A program made the translations under genes and the position numbers. A stretch of DNA of 64,000 nt from an uncultured Acidobacteriota bacterium (GTDB lineage: Bacteria > Acidobacteriota > Vicinamibacteria > Vicinamibacterales > 2-12-FULL-66-21), in assembly GCA_963836665.1 (NCBI GenBank), contig CAWIKL010000001.1, positions 3,791,818-3,855,817 on the forward strand. The letters are read 5' to 3'. Shown here in pieces: positions 1 through 8,484 of the stretch. Below the pieces are notes generated by a model, which had not been told where the DNA came from, did no database searches, and was given only the letters and a program-made list of their open reading frames with translations. The stretch's first letter is position 1. Every line of letters starts with the position of its first letter.

Positions 1-36
1 CGGGCTGCGCGCCGCCGCGGAGATCGCCGCGCTGAA

Positions 37-534
37 CTACAGCTCCACCACGTCGACGAGCGGCTCCCAGGTCTCCGGATCCTGCGATACGAGCGTCGAA
101 AGGTAGAGCGACACATCTCCTGCGGGAAACTTCGTCGCCAGCTCTGTCGCAGCGGCCTTCACCTTCGCGGCGTCGGGCTTGACGACCTTGTCGTCGTTGA
201 TCAGGCCGTTGTCGTGCTCGATGCCGAGCAGATCGAGGAAAGCGCCCATCATCGGCCGCTGCCGCTCGAGGTGATAGTTGACGAGCGCGCGCGCTGCGAT
301 CGCGTCTGACACCGACGGCAGCGTCGCCAGGTACTTGGCGCGCTTGTCTGGTGTGAGGCTGAGCACGCTCTTTGGCCGGAATTTCATGTGTGTGGCGATC
401 GAGGACACCGCCTCCAGCTGTTGATCCGCCGAGTGCTCGTCGTTCCAGAAGAGATCCGCCGCCTCGATGCGCCGATCGAGGGGCAATCCGCGCCACAAGC
501 GCGAGGGGCGGAAGTTCGAAAGGTCCCGGTCCAT
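37..534 (-). CDS. conserved hypothetical protein, 165 aa, no domain I can name
   Basis: Intact ORF with non-degenerate composition, whereas the overlapping plus-strand ORFs are Arg/Pro-rich junk. A -10-like TAAGAT lies 6 nt upstream of the ATG. Confidence 0.55.
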   Translation of the reverse strand: MDRDLSNFRPSRLWRGLPLDRRIEAADLFWNDEHSADQQLEAVSSIATHMKFRPKSVLSLTPDKRAKYLATLPSVSDAIAARALVNYHLERQRPMMGAFLDLLGIEHDNGLINDDKVVKPDAAKVKAAATELATKFPAGDVSLYLSTLVSQDPETWEPLVDVVEL

Positions 535-540
535 GCGATC

Positions 541-550
541 ATCTTAATCT
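541..550. promoter_or_regulatory. overlapping face-to-face -10 boxes in a 22-bp divergent spacer
   Basis: Plus strand: TAATCT (545-550), then 6 nt, then GTG 557. Minus strand: TAAGAT (546-541), then 6 nt, then ATG 534. Confidence 0.4.
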
Positions 551-556
551 TTATCC

Positions 557-1741
557 GTGCCGGACCGCCTCTTCACGCCGCGCTTCTTCGTGATGTGCGG
601 CTTCTCGTTCACCGTCTTTCTGTCGGCGTTCCAGCTGCTGCCGACGGCGCCGTTCCACATCCTGGCGCTCGGCGGCAGCACGGCCGCGGCCGGGCTCTTT
701 CTCGGTTTCCTCACCTATGCCTCCGCCTTCTCGGCGCCGTTGACCGGATCGCTGGCTGATCGCGTCGGGCCGAGGCGAATGCTGATCGTTGCCAGCGTGG
801 CGATCACGGCCTTCTCGATCGCCTACGCCCTGATTCCCAGTTACAAGATGATGCTGGCGCTCGTGCTCGTGCACGGCGTGTTCTGGTCGGGGCTGTTGAC
901 GGGGTCAGCCGCCTACATGACCAACATGCTGCCGGAGAGCCGGCGCGCCGAGGGCATCGGCTACTGGGGTCTGTCGACCATCGCGGCTATCGCGGTGGCG
1001 CCGTCGATTGGATTCTGGGTGTTCCACTTCGGCTGGCGCGCGCTCTGCCTCGAGGCGGCCGTGCTCAACGTCTTCATGGGCATCATCGCCTGGCAGCTGC
1101 CGCCCGAGCTCACCATCCATACCGAACACCACCACCATCACCGGCGCCGGCTGATCGAATGGCGCGTGCTGATCCTGTCGGCGACGTTGTTTCTCTACAC
1201 GTTTGGCTACGGCGGCATTACCAGCTTTACCGCCCTCTACGCCGACGCGAACAGCGTGACGCCGAAGGGGATCTATCTCACCGCGCTGGCCGTCGTGATC
1301 CTGGTCACGCGCCCGGTGTCCGGACGGCTCGGCGATGCGTTCGGCTACCGGCGCGTGTTCCTGCCCTGCCTCGTGCTGATCGCGGCCGGACTCGCCCTGC
1401 TGGTGATGGGCGGTACGCGCGGCTGGCTGCTGGCCAGCGCGATCCTGTTCGGCGCCGGCTTCGGCACGGCATACCCGGCCTTTGTCGGCTATGTCATGCG
1501 CAACGTGCCGGGCGCCCGTCGCGGGGCCGCGTTTGGCGCGATCCTCGCGTGCTTCGACACCGGTATTGGCACCGGCTCGACGAGCATGGGCTGGATCATC
1601 GAGCACTATGGGTTTCCGCGCGCCTTCGGCACCGCGGCGGTACTCGCGTCGCTTGCGCTGCCCTACTTCTTGATTGCCGATGCCGCCTTGCGGCGCCGGG
1701 CGACGGGTCAAGCCGAGGCGAAGAGCGTGTTAAGGAGGTAA
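557..1741 (+). CDS. MFS transporter
   Basis: About 12 hydrophobic segments. MFS-like loop motif GSLADRVGPRRM after TM2. GTG start. Central loop carries an HHHHH run. Confidence 0.85.
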   Translation: MPDRLFTPRFFVMCGFSFTVFLSAFQLLPTAPFHILALGGSTAAAGLFLGFLTYASAFSAPLTGSLADRVGPRRMLIVASVAITAFSIAYALIPSYKMMLALVLVHGVFWSGLLTGSAAYMTNMLPESRRAEGIGYWGLSTIAAIAVAPSIGFWVFHFGWRALCLEAAVLNVFMGIIAWQLPPELTIHTEHHHHHRRRLIEWRVLILSATLFLYTFGYGGITSFTALYADANSVTPKGIYLTALAVVILVTRPVSGRLGDAFGYRRVFLPCLVLIAAGLALLVMGGTRGWLLASAILFGAGFGTAYPAFVGYVMRNVPGARRGAAFGAILACFDTGIGTGSTSMGWIIEHYGFPRAFGTAAVLASLALPYFLIADAALRRRATGQAEAKSVLRR

Positions 1742-1781
1742 AACCTCTTCTCAGGCGCCCGGATCACCGTCATTCAGGTGC

Positions 1782-1787
1782 TACGAT
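1782..1787 (+). promoter_or_regulatory. -10 box TACGAT 6 nt upstream of ATG 1794 (leaderless candidate)
   Basis: Read directly. There is no Shine-Dalgarno between the box and the ATG. Confidence 0.4.
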
Positions 1788-1793
1788 CCGCGC

Positions 1794-3755
1794 ATGGTGC
1801 GACGCCGGCTGCCGATGTTCGTGCTGGCCGCGAGCCTGTTCGGGCTGATCGTGTTGCTGGCGACGCTGCAGTACCGCTGGCTCGGCCAGATCAGTACCGC
1901 CGAGCGCACGCGCATCCGGGCGCTGCTGCGCGACAACGCGTCGGCGTTCGCCGAGGATTTCGATCGCGAGCTGAATCGCGCGTATTTAATGTTCCAGGTC
2001 GTACCGGTGGCTACCGACGAGAACATTGCGTCTCAGGTCGGTGCGCGCTACGACCGCTGGATGGCAACGTCACAGCACCCGCGGCTCGTTCACGACGTCT
2101 ATCTTTCCGCGCCGGGGGAGTCGGGGGTTTCGCTGCGTCGGTTCAACACGTCGACGCGGCTTCTCGAGCCCGCTGCGTGGCCGGCCGCGCTCGGCGCCGT
2201 GCAGGCACGTCTTGCAAACCCAGAGTTGCGTCAGACAGACATGAACACGCTGATGCACTCACCGGTGCAAACGCTCTGGCCCGACGTGCCCGCGCTCGTC
2301 GTCGCGGCGCCGATGCTGTTTGTCGATCGCGCGACCGCTGAGGGACGCGATCTTGCGCCGCTGACGCGGTCGTCGTACTGCATTCTCCTGCTCGATAGCG
2401 ACTACATCCGCCGCGAGATGCTGCCGGCCCTGGCTCGGCGTCATTTTCAGAGCCCCAACGGCGGCCTCGATTATCAGCTCGCGGTCGTGCCGACCGAGGG
2501 GGGCGCCGTCGTCTATCACTCCGCCAGCGATTTCAATCCACCGGTCGCCGCGAAAGTGGATGCGTCGGCCGACCTCTTTCACCTCCGCCTGCAGGACTTC
2601 GGCCCTCTCGCGGCCGAGATCACCCGCTTCGCCCTGTTCTCGACCGACGTCTCCGCGCAGCCCGGCGGACCACTGACGGCCCGCACTGAGACGGTAATTC
2701 GCCGCGGCGCCGGCGAGCCACTGGATGGGACCGGTCCCCCGCCCGGCGGCCGGATGTCGATAGTCGTCCAGCAGAAGAGCGTCGATAACGTGATGACGAC
2801 GATTACCGACAGCGGGCAGGGCACACCGGCCAACGCGCGGTTCGCGGTCACGACCGACGCGCACTGGCGCCTCCTCGTCCGTCATCCGTCGGGATCGCTG
2901 GAGCAGGCAGTCGACGCAGTACGGCGGCGCAACCTGATCGTCAGCACAGGCATCCTCGGTGTGCTCGCCGTCAGCGTTGGTTTCCTGTTCGTGTCGACGC
3001 GGAGCGCGCACGACCTGGCGCGACAGCAGCTCGAGTTCGTGGCCACGGTGTCGCACGAACTACGCACGCCGCTTGCCGTGATCCAATCCGCCGCCGACAA
3101 CCTCGCCGATGGCATTGTCAGCGACGAGGCGCGCGTGCGGCAGTACGGGCAGCTGGTGCGAGGCGAGGGGGTGCGGCTCACCGAGCTCGTCGAGCAGATT
3201 CTCGAGTTTGCCGGCCTGCAGTCGGGACAGCCCGGCTCGACCAGACACCCGGTGACGATCGACGCGGTCCTGCGCGAGGCTGTCATCACCGCGCAGGCAG
3301 CGGCCGATGCCGCCGGCGTCCGCATCGAGCTGACGATCGACGACGGTCTGCCAGACGTCGCCGGCGACGAGCCGGCGCTGCGGCGCGTCTTTGTCAACTT
3401 GATCGGCAACGCCGTCAAATACGGCGTCGCCGGACAGTGGGTCGGCGTCCGCGCCAGGATGACCCCCGACGGCGTCGAGATCATCGTCAGCGACCGCGGT
3501 ATCGGCATCGCCGCCGCCGACCACCACCGCATCTTTGACCCCTTCTACCGCGCGCCCGACGTTGTCGCCGCGCAGATTCAGGGCGCCGGTCTCGGCCTGA
3601 GCCTCGTCAAGCGGATCGTCGAGGCGCACGGCGGACGCGTCTCCGTGGCGAGCGCGCCGGGCCGCGGCAGCACATTCACCGTCGCGCTGCCGGCGATGAG
3701 CGCGGGGTCGACAAGCGCGGGCGGCGTCGGCGCCGCGAGTCCACAGCCTTCGTGA
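1794..3755 (+). CDS. sensor histidine kinase (membrane-bound, large extracytoplasmic domain)
   Basis: H-box FVATVSHELRTPLAVI. N/G boxes NLIGNAVKY, DRGIGI, GAGLGLSLVKRIVEAHGG. Two TM segments. Confidence 0.9.
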   Translation: MVRRRLPMFVLAASLFGLIVLLATLQYRWLGQISTAERTRIRALLRDNASAFAEDFDRELNRAYLMFQVVPVATDENIASQVGARYDRWMATSQHPRLVHDVYLSAPGESGVSLRRFNTSTRLLEPAAWPAALGAVQARLANPELRQTDMNTLMHSPVQTLWPDVPALVVAAPMLFVDRATAEGRDLAPLTRSSYCILLLDSDYIRREMLPALARRHFQSPNGGLDYQLAVVPTEGGAVVYHSASDFNPPVAAKVDASADLFHLRLQDFGPLAAEITRFALFSTDVSAQPGGPLTARTETVIRRGAGEPLDGTGPPPGGRMSIVVQQKSVDNVMTTITDSGQGTPANARFAVTTDAHWRLLVRHPSGSLEQAVDAVRRRNLIVSTGILGVLAVSVGFLFVSTRSAHDLARQQLEFVATVSHELRTPLAVIQSAADNLADGIVSDEARVRQYGQLVRGEGVRLTELVEQILEFAGLQSGQPGSTRHPVTIDAVLREAVITAQAAADAAGVRIELTIDDGLPDVAGDEPALRRVFVNLIGNAVKYGVAGQWVGVRARMTPDGVEIIVSDRGIGIAAADHHRIFDPFYRAPDVVAAQIQGAGLGLSLVKRIVEAHGGRVSVASAPGRGSTFTVALPAMSAGSTSAGGVGAASPQPS

Positions 3756-3808
3756 AGCGGCTGACAGCGCGCGCGAGCGTGTAGAGGGGTGCAGCGGGGC
3801 GAAGCCCT
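3752..3808 (+). repeat. intercistronic repeat, partial copy C (kinase to response-regulator spacer)
   Basis: GTGAAGCGGC...GCGTGTAGAGGGGTGCAGCGGGGCGAAGCCC matches copies A and B. It ends 12 nt before ATG 3820. Confidence 0.7.
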
Positions 3809-3819
3809 TCGCTTAAGGA

Positions 3820-4500
3820 ATGCAGAGAATTCTCCTGATCGAGGACGAAGCGGGGCTGGTGCTCACGCTCACCGATCGCCTCACACGCGAGGGGTATGCC
3901 GTCGAGAGCGTGAGCGACGGCGCGGCCGGTCTCGAACGCGCGACGCGCGAGCCGTTCGACCTGCTGCTGCTCGACGTGATGCTGCCGCGGATGGGCGGCT
4001 TCGACGTGTGCCGGGAGCTGCGTCGCCGCCGCATCGACACGCCGGTGATCATGTTGACGGCGCGCGGCCAGGTCGTCGACAAGGTCGTCGGGTTGAAACT
4101 CGGCGCCGACGATTATGTGACCAAGCCGTTCGAGATGGCCGAGCTGCTGGCGCGCATAGAGGCCCACCTGCGTCGTACGCCTGTCGTACCGCATCCGGCC
4201 GAAGGCTACGTCTTCGGCGAGCTACACATCGATTTTCGCAAGGCCGAAGCGTTGCGCGACGGTGCGCCTGTCGACCTGTCGGCCCGCGAGTTCCAGCTGC
4301 TGCGCTACTTCATCGAGCACCGCGGTGCCACGCTGACGCGCGATGAGCTGCTCAACGAGGTGTGGGGCTACAACTCGATGCCGTCGACGCGCACCGTCGA
4401 CGTTCACGTCGCCTGGCTGCGGCAGAAAATCGAGCCAAACCCGCGCCATCCGCAGTTCATCCTGACGATTCACGGCATGGGTTACAAGTTCGCGGGGTGA
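3820..4500 (+). CDS. OmpR/PhoB-family response regulator
   Basis: Receiver motifs ILLIEDE, DLLLLDVMLP, MLTA..DKVVGL..GADDYVTKPF. C-terminal winged helix (LTRDELLNEVWGY...RTVDVHVAWLRQKIE). Lies directly downstream of the kinase. Confidence 0.95.
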   Translation: MQRILLIEDEAGLVLTLTDRLTREGYAVESVSDGAAGLERATREPFDLLLLDVMLPRMGGFDVCRELRRRRIDTPVIMLTARGQVVDKVVGLKLGADDYVTKPFEMAELLARIEAHLRRTPVVPHPAEGYVFGELHIDFRKAEALRDGAPVDLSAREFQLLRYFIEHRGATLTRDELLNEVWGYNSMPSTRTVDVHVAWLRQKIEPNPRHPQFILTIHGMGYKFAG

Positions 4501-4502
4501 CT

Positions 4503-4567
4503 TGGTGGGCGATGGGCGATGGGCGATGGGCGATGGACGATGGACGATGACCGATAACCGATGGACG
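4503..4567. repeat. GGGCGAT-type heptad tandem array (8 units), left arm
   Basis: (GGGCGAT)x4 (GGACGAT)x2 GACCGAT AACCGAT GGACG, preceded by TGGT. It fills the whole convergent intergenic gap. Confidence 0.9.
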
Positions 4568-4568
4568 C

Positions 4569-5060
4569 TTACAGCCAGATCAGCTGGACGTCGGCGCGGC
4601 CGGCGGTCAGCGTCAATTTTGCGACGCTCGGTTTCAGGTCGAAGCGTTTGGGGCCCGCCGCGCCAGGATTGACGACCAGCCGCGATCCCGATCGCTCGAT
4701 TAACGGTCTGTGCGTGTGCCCATAGACGACGATGTCGGCAGCGTAGCGTCGCAGCAGCCGCTCGACCGTCGGCTGTCCGAGCTCGTGCCCGTGGCTCACA
4801 TGGATGGTCAAGCCCTCGATCCGCAATCCGATTTCAGCGGCGAGCCCGGGTTCACCTGGCGAGTCGGTGTTGCCGTAGACAGCTCGCATTGGCGCGATCA
4901 CCTGTAGCTCGTCGAACACGTCTCGGCCGCCGACGTCGCCGGCGTGAAGAATCAGCTCCACCCCCTTCAGTGCCGCGAACACCTCGGGTCTGACGAGTCC
5001 ATGGGTGTCCGAGATCAGCCCCAGCAGCACACGCCTATAATCACATCGTCCATCGTCCAT
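4569..5060 (-). CDS. YfcE/MJ0936-type metallophosphoesterase
   Basis: Motifs ISDTHG, HAGD, GNTD, VSHGHE, YGHTH. The start is uncertain: ATG 5084, ATG 5060 or GTG 5030. All ATG options lie inside a heptad repeat array; GTG 5030 gives the family-typical N-terminus VLLGLISDTHG. Confidence 0.8.
   Translation of the reverse strand: MDDGRCDYRRVLLGLISDTHGLVRPEVFAALKGVELILHAGDVGGRDVFDELQVIAPMRAVYGNTDSPGEPGLAAEIGLRIEGLTIHVSHGHELGQPTVERLLRRYAADIVVYGHTHRPLIERSGSRLVVNPGAAGPKRFDLKPSVAKLTLTAGRADVQLIWL
5036..5041 (+). promoter_or_regulatory. -10 box TATAAT upstream of the heptad-array leader
   Basis: Perfect consensus hexamer 41 nt upstream of ATG 5083. Confidence 0.4.
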
Positions 5061-5083
5061 CGTCCATCGCCCATCGCCCACCA
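5045..5083. repeat. heptad array, right arm (reverse complement of the left arm)
   Basis: (ATCGTCC)x3 (ATCGCCC)x2 ACCA. The reverse complement of 5064-5083 is identical to 4503-4522. Confidence 0.9.
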
Positions 5084-5961
5084 TGCTCAACGACGCGCAC
5101 TGCCACTTCTTCTCGTCGCGTTTTCTCGAACTGCTCGCGCCCGATGCCGGCGGCGCGGAGGAAATCGCCCGCCGCCTGCAGTGGGATCCGCCGGGCACGG
5201 CGACGGAGCTGGGCGACCGATGGATCGCCGAGCTGAATCGACAAGACGTGCAGCGTGCCGCGCTGATTGCGAGCGTGCCCGGTGACGCCGCGTCGGTGGC
5301 GGAAGCGGTAGCGCATCATCCGGATCGTTTCGTCGGCTTCTTCATGCACAACCCGCTCGGACCCGGCTCGCCGGCAATCCTGGAGCGAGCGTTTCGTGAG
5401 CAGAACCTGCGCGCCGTCTGCCTCTTTCCGGCGATGCACGGCTATCGGCCCGACGACGAGTGTGCCGCGGACGTGTTCAAGGCGGCATCGCAGCAGGGCG
5501 CCGCGGTGTTCGTCCACTGCGGCGTGCTGACCGTCGGCATCCGCAGGAAGCTCGGTCTGCCAAGCCGGTTCGACCTGCGCCTCGGCGATCCGCTCGCGGT
5601 CTCGCGCGTGGCGCTCGATTTTCCAAAGGTGCCGGTCATCATCCCGCACTTTGGCGCCGGGTATTTCCGCGAGGCGCTGATGGCAGCCGACCAGTGCCCG
5701 ACCATTCACTTCGACACCTCGAGCACCAACGGTTGGACCCGGTTTCACGACGGCCTCACGCTGGAACGCGTCTTTCGAGCCGCCCTCGCCGTCGTCGGAC
5801 CGTCGCGCCTGCTCTTCGGCACCGACTCGTCCTTCTTTCCGCGCGGCTGGCAGAAGCCGATTTATGACGAGCAGCACAGCATCCTGGTGACGCTCGGCCT
5901 GAGCGACGACGACAGGACGGCAATACTCGGCCGCAACTTCGACCGGCTGTTTCCGCAGTAA
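5083..5961 (+). CDS. amidohydrolase-2-like TIM-barrel metal-dependent hydrolase
   Basis: N-terminal DAHCHFF metal motif, and HCGV / IPHFG / GTDS motifs typical of the family. Confidence 0.8.
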   Translation: MLNDAHCHFFSSRFLELLAPDAGGAEEIARRLQWDPPGTATELGDRWIAELNRQDVQRAALIASVPGDAASVAEAVAHHPDRFVGFFMHNPLGPGSPAILERAFREQNLRAVCLFPAMHGYRPDDECAADVFKAASQQGAAVFVHCGVLTVGIRRKLGLPSRFDLRLGDPLAVSRVALDFPKVPVIIPHFGAGYFREALMAADQCPTIHFDTSSTNGWTRFHDGLTLERVFRAALAVVGPSRLLFGTDSSFFPRGWQKPIYDEQHSILVTLGLSDDDRTAILGRNFDRLFPQ

Positions 5962-6002
5962 ACGCGCCTGGGACGGGCCGCCGAGCGCTCTGTCGCTCTC
6001 GA

Positions 6003-6008
6003 TATAAT
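6003..6008 (+). promoter_or_regulatory. -10 box TATAAT 8 nt upstream of ATG 6017 (leaderless candidate)
   Basis: Perfect hexamer, no Shine-Dalgarno. Confidence 0.45.
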
Positions 6009-6016
6009 CCGAAGCC

Positions 6017-7735
6017 ATGCGAAGCAACATCACTGCTCTCGTCACGTTTGCTCTCGTCGTCGCCGGCCTCTCTCTCCAGGCACAGCGCGCCAGCACGACG
6101 CAGACAGCGGATCTCGTGCTCATCAATGGGCGCATCGTGACGGTCGACGACGCGCGGCCCGAGGCCGAGGCCATGGCGGCGCGCGACGGCCGCATCGAAG
6201 CGCTCGGCAGTGCCGACGAGATCAAGCGACTGATCGGACCCTCGACGCGGGTCGTCGATCTGCAGGGGCAGCTCGCCATCCCGGGGTTCATCGAGAGCCA
6301 CGGCCATTTCACCGGCGTCGGCGGCATGCAGCTCGAGTTGAACCTGATGAACGTCGACTCGTGGGACGCCATCGTCGCCATGGTCGCCGAGGCGGTGTCG
6401 CACGCCAAGCCGGGGCAATGGATCTACGGGCGTGGCTGGCACCAGGAGAAGTGGACAGCCCGTCCGCAGCCCAACATCGAAGGCTTTCCGACGCACGCCT
6501 CGCTCGACAAGGTCTCACCCGACAATCCCGTTGTTCTCGAGCACGCCAGCGGGCATGCGTCGTTCGTCAATGCCAGGGCGATGGAGCTTTCGGCGATCAA
6601 GCGAGCCACCGAGAGCCCGGCCGGCGGCGACATCCTTCGCGACCGGAACGGCGACGCGACCGGGCTGATGCGCGAAACCGCGCAGCACTTGATCAAGAAA
6701 GGCGCCGGCGAGCCCGAGCCGACGCCGGCAGAAACGCTCGCGCACGATCGTAAGGTCCTCGAGATGGCCGCGCAGGAGTCGCTGCGCAAGGGCATCACCA
6801 CGTTCGAGGACGCCGGCTCGCCGCTTGCCACGATCGATTTGATCAAGCAGATGACCGACGAGGGGGCGCTCGGCCTCCGCCTCTGGGTGATGGTGCGGCA
6901 GCCCAACGACGTCATCGCGCCGAAGCTGGCGCAGTACAAGATGATCGACTACGCCGACGGGCATCTGACCGTTCGCGCCATCAAGAGACAGATTGACGGC
7001 GCGCTGGGCTCGCGCGGCGCGTGGCTGCTCGCCCCCTACAGCGACAAGCCGGACTCGAGCGGGCTCGAGACGGAGAAGGTCGCCGACATCCAGGAGACGG
7101 CGACCCTTGCCATGCGGAATGGTTTCCAGCTCTGCGTCCACGCCATCGGTGATCGCGCCAACCGGGAGACGCTCGATATCTTCGAGCGTGCGTTCAAGGC
7201 CAACCCTGGAAAGACGGACTTGCGGTGGCGCGTCGAGCACGCCCAGCACATCAGCGCCGCCGACATCCCCCGCTTCGGCCGGATGGGCGTGATTGCGTCG
7301 ATGCAGGGGATCCACTGCACCTCGGACGCTCCCTACGTGCTGGAACGCCTCGGCGCCGCGCGCGCCAAGGAAGGCGCTTACGTCTGGCAGAAATTGATGA
7401 AGAGCGGCGCCATCGTCGCCAATGGTACCGACGCGCCGGTCGAGGACGTCGATCCGATCCCGAACTTCTACGCCAGCGTGAGCCGCAAGCTGAAGGACGG
7501 GACCGTCTTCTATCCCGATCAGCGCATGTCGCGGATGGAGGCGCTGAAGTCGTACACGATCAATGGCGCCTACGCTGCCTTCGAAGAAGGTAATCGCGGC
7601 TCGCTGAAAGTCGGCAAGTACGCCGACGTCACCGTGCTGTCGAAGGACATCCTGAAAATCCCCGAGGACGACATCCCCACCACAAAGGTGAGCTACACCA
7701 TCGTCGGCGCAAAAGTACCTGTACGCGGCCGCTGA
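6017..7735 (+). CDS. amidohydrolase-3 family (YtcJ-like) secreted metallohydrolase
   Basis: Signal peptide. Motifs GFIESHGHF, VHAIGDRA, VEHAQ, ASMQGIHCTSD, NGTDAPVE. Confidence 0.9.
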   Translation: MRSNITALVTFALVVAGLSLQAQRASTTQTADLVLINGRIVTVDDARPEAEAMAARDGRIEALGSADEIKRLIGPSTRVVDLQGQLAIPGFIESHGHFTGVGGMQLELNLMNVDSWDAIVAMVAEAVSHAKPGQWIYGRGWHQEKWTARPQPNIEGFPTHASLDKVSPDNPVVLEHASGHASFVNARAMELSAIKRATESPAGGDILRDRNGDATGLMRETAQHLIKKGAGEPEPTPAETLAHDRKVLEMAAQESLRKGITTFEDAGSPLATIDLIKQMTDEGALGLRLWVMVRQPNDVIAPKLAQYKMIDYADGHLTVRAIKRQIDGALGSRGAWLLAPYSDKPDSSGLETEKVADIQETATLAMRNGFQLCVHAIGDRANRETLDIFERAFKANPGKTDLRWRVEHAQHISAADIPRFGRMGVIASMQGIHCTSDAPYVLERLGAARAKEGAYVWQKLMKSGAIVANGTDAPVEDVDPIPNFYASVSRKLKDGTVFYPDQRMSRMEALKSYTINGAYAAFEEGNRGSLKVGKYADVTVLSKDILKIPEDDIPTTKVSYTIVGAKVPVRGR

Positions 7736-7878
7736 CAAGAAATAGCAGTCCCTTAGTCCTTGTTTCGATTCCGACGGCATTACTGCCGGGCTGGCCTGCG
7801 TGAGTTCCGGTGTTGTTCGATGCGTCCGGACCGGACGTTGTACAGCTGAGGGGTCGACTATGATCGTGCTGCCGCTCC

Positions 7879-8484
7879 ATGGAGCCGACCCCGCCAAGAC
7901 CGCCCGGCGCGCCTTTCGGCGCGGTCGCGACAACTGCCGACCTGCTGCAGCGGGCTAGGGCTGGTGATGAAGATGCGCGCAACCAACTGTTCGCCAGGTA
8001 CTTACCGTCGCTGCGGCGCTGGGCACGCGGACGCTTGCCGCGCTGGACGCGCGATCTCCGCGACACCGAGGACGTGGTGCAGGAAACGCTACTGCAGACG
8101 TTGAAGAACATCGAGACGTTCCAGCCCCGGCACGAAGGCGCCCTGCAGGCCTACCTGCGTCAGGCCCTGATGAACCGCGTCCGTGACGAAGTTCGGCGGG
8201 TCACACGCCGTGGCGTCAGCGAGGAACTCGAGGAGGACGTCCACGTTGATGATCGGCCCTCTCCGCTCGAAGAAGCCATTGGCCACGAAGCGCTCGGCCG
8301 CTACGAAGCCGCGCTCGCGCGTCTGCGCCCTTCCGAGCGCGAGTTGGTAATCGCACGCGTCGAGCTCAGCCAGTCGTATCAGCAGATCGCCGCCGCGCAC
8401 GCGAAGGCCAGCGCCGATGCGGCGCGGATGGCGGTGTCGCGTGCCCTGCTGCGCCTCGCCGAGGAGATGGACGTCGATGGCTGA
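7879..8484 (+). CDS. ECF-type RNA polymerase sigma factor
   Basis: Region 2 (DTEDVVQETLLQTL) and region 4 HTH (SYQQIAAAHAKASADAARMAVSRALLRL). No anti-sigma gene follows. Confidence 0.9.
   Translation: MEPTPPRPPGAPFGAVATTADLLQRARAGDEDARNQLFARYLPSLRRWARGRLPRWTRDLRDTEDVVQETLLQTLKNIETFQPRHEGALQAYLRQALMNRVRDEVRRVTRRGVSEELEEDVHVDDRPSPLEEAIGHEALGRYEAALARLRPSERELVIARVELSQSYQQIAAAHAKASADAARMAVSRALLRLAEEMDVDG

Noticed and set aside
1120-1145. A CAC/CAT run encoding HHHHH in the MFS transporter.
   Set aside because: It is a short in-frame His run in a cytoplasmic loop. It is plausible as a metal-binding loop, but it is too short to support any claim.
4503-5083. Interpreting the inverted-array-flanked unit as an active transposon or IS.
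   Set aside because: It has no transposase and no target-site duplication, and the enclosed gene is an ordinary metallophosphoesterase. I keep it only as a foldback or cassette-like hypothesis in the findings.
7736-7878. A possible small RNA or ECF-type promoter in the 143-bp lower-GC gap upstream of the sigma-factor gene.
   Set aside because: I found only a weak sigma-70-like TTGTAC-N15-TATGAT with sub-optimal spacing. The only GGAAC-like motif is on the wrong strand. I found no convincing structure or terminator to define an sRNA.
5041-7933. Minus-strand ORFs of 455 aa (5041-6408) and 472 aa (6515-7933) opposite the two amidohydrolase genes.
   Set aside because: The reason is the same as above: they have no motifs and biased composition, while the plus-strand genes carry the catalytic motifs.
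8417-8476. The track start (8417) for the Ser/Thr kinase.
   Set aside because: It would add 20 Arg/Cys-rich residues encoded entirely inside the sigma-factor gene. ATG 8477 gives a normal N-terminus and the classic ATGGCTGA stop-start overlap.
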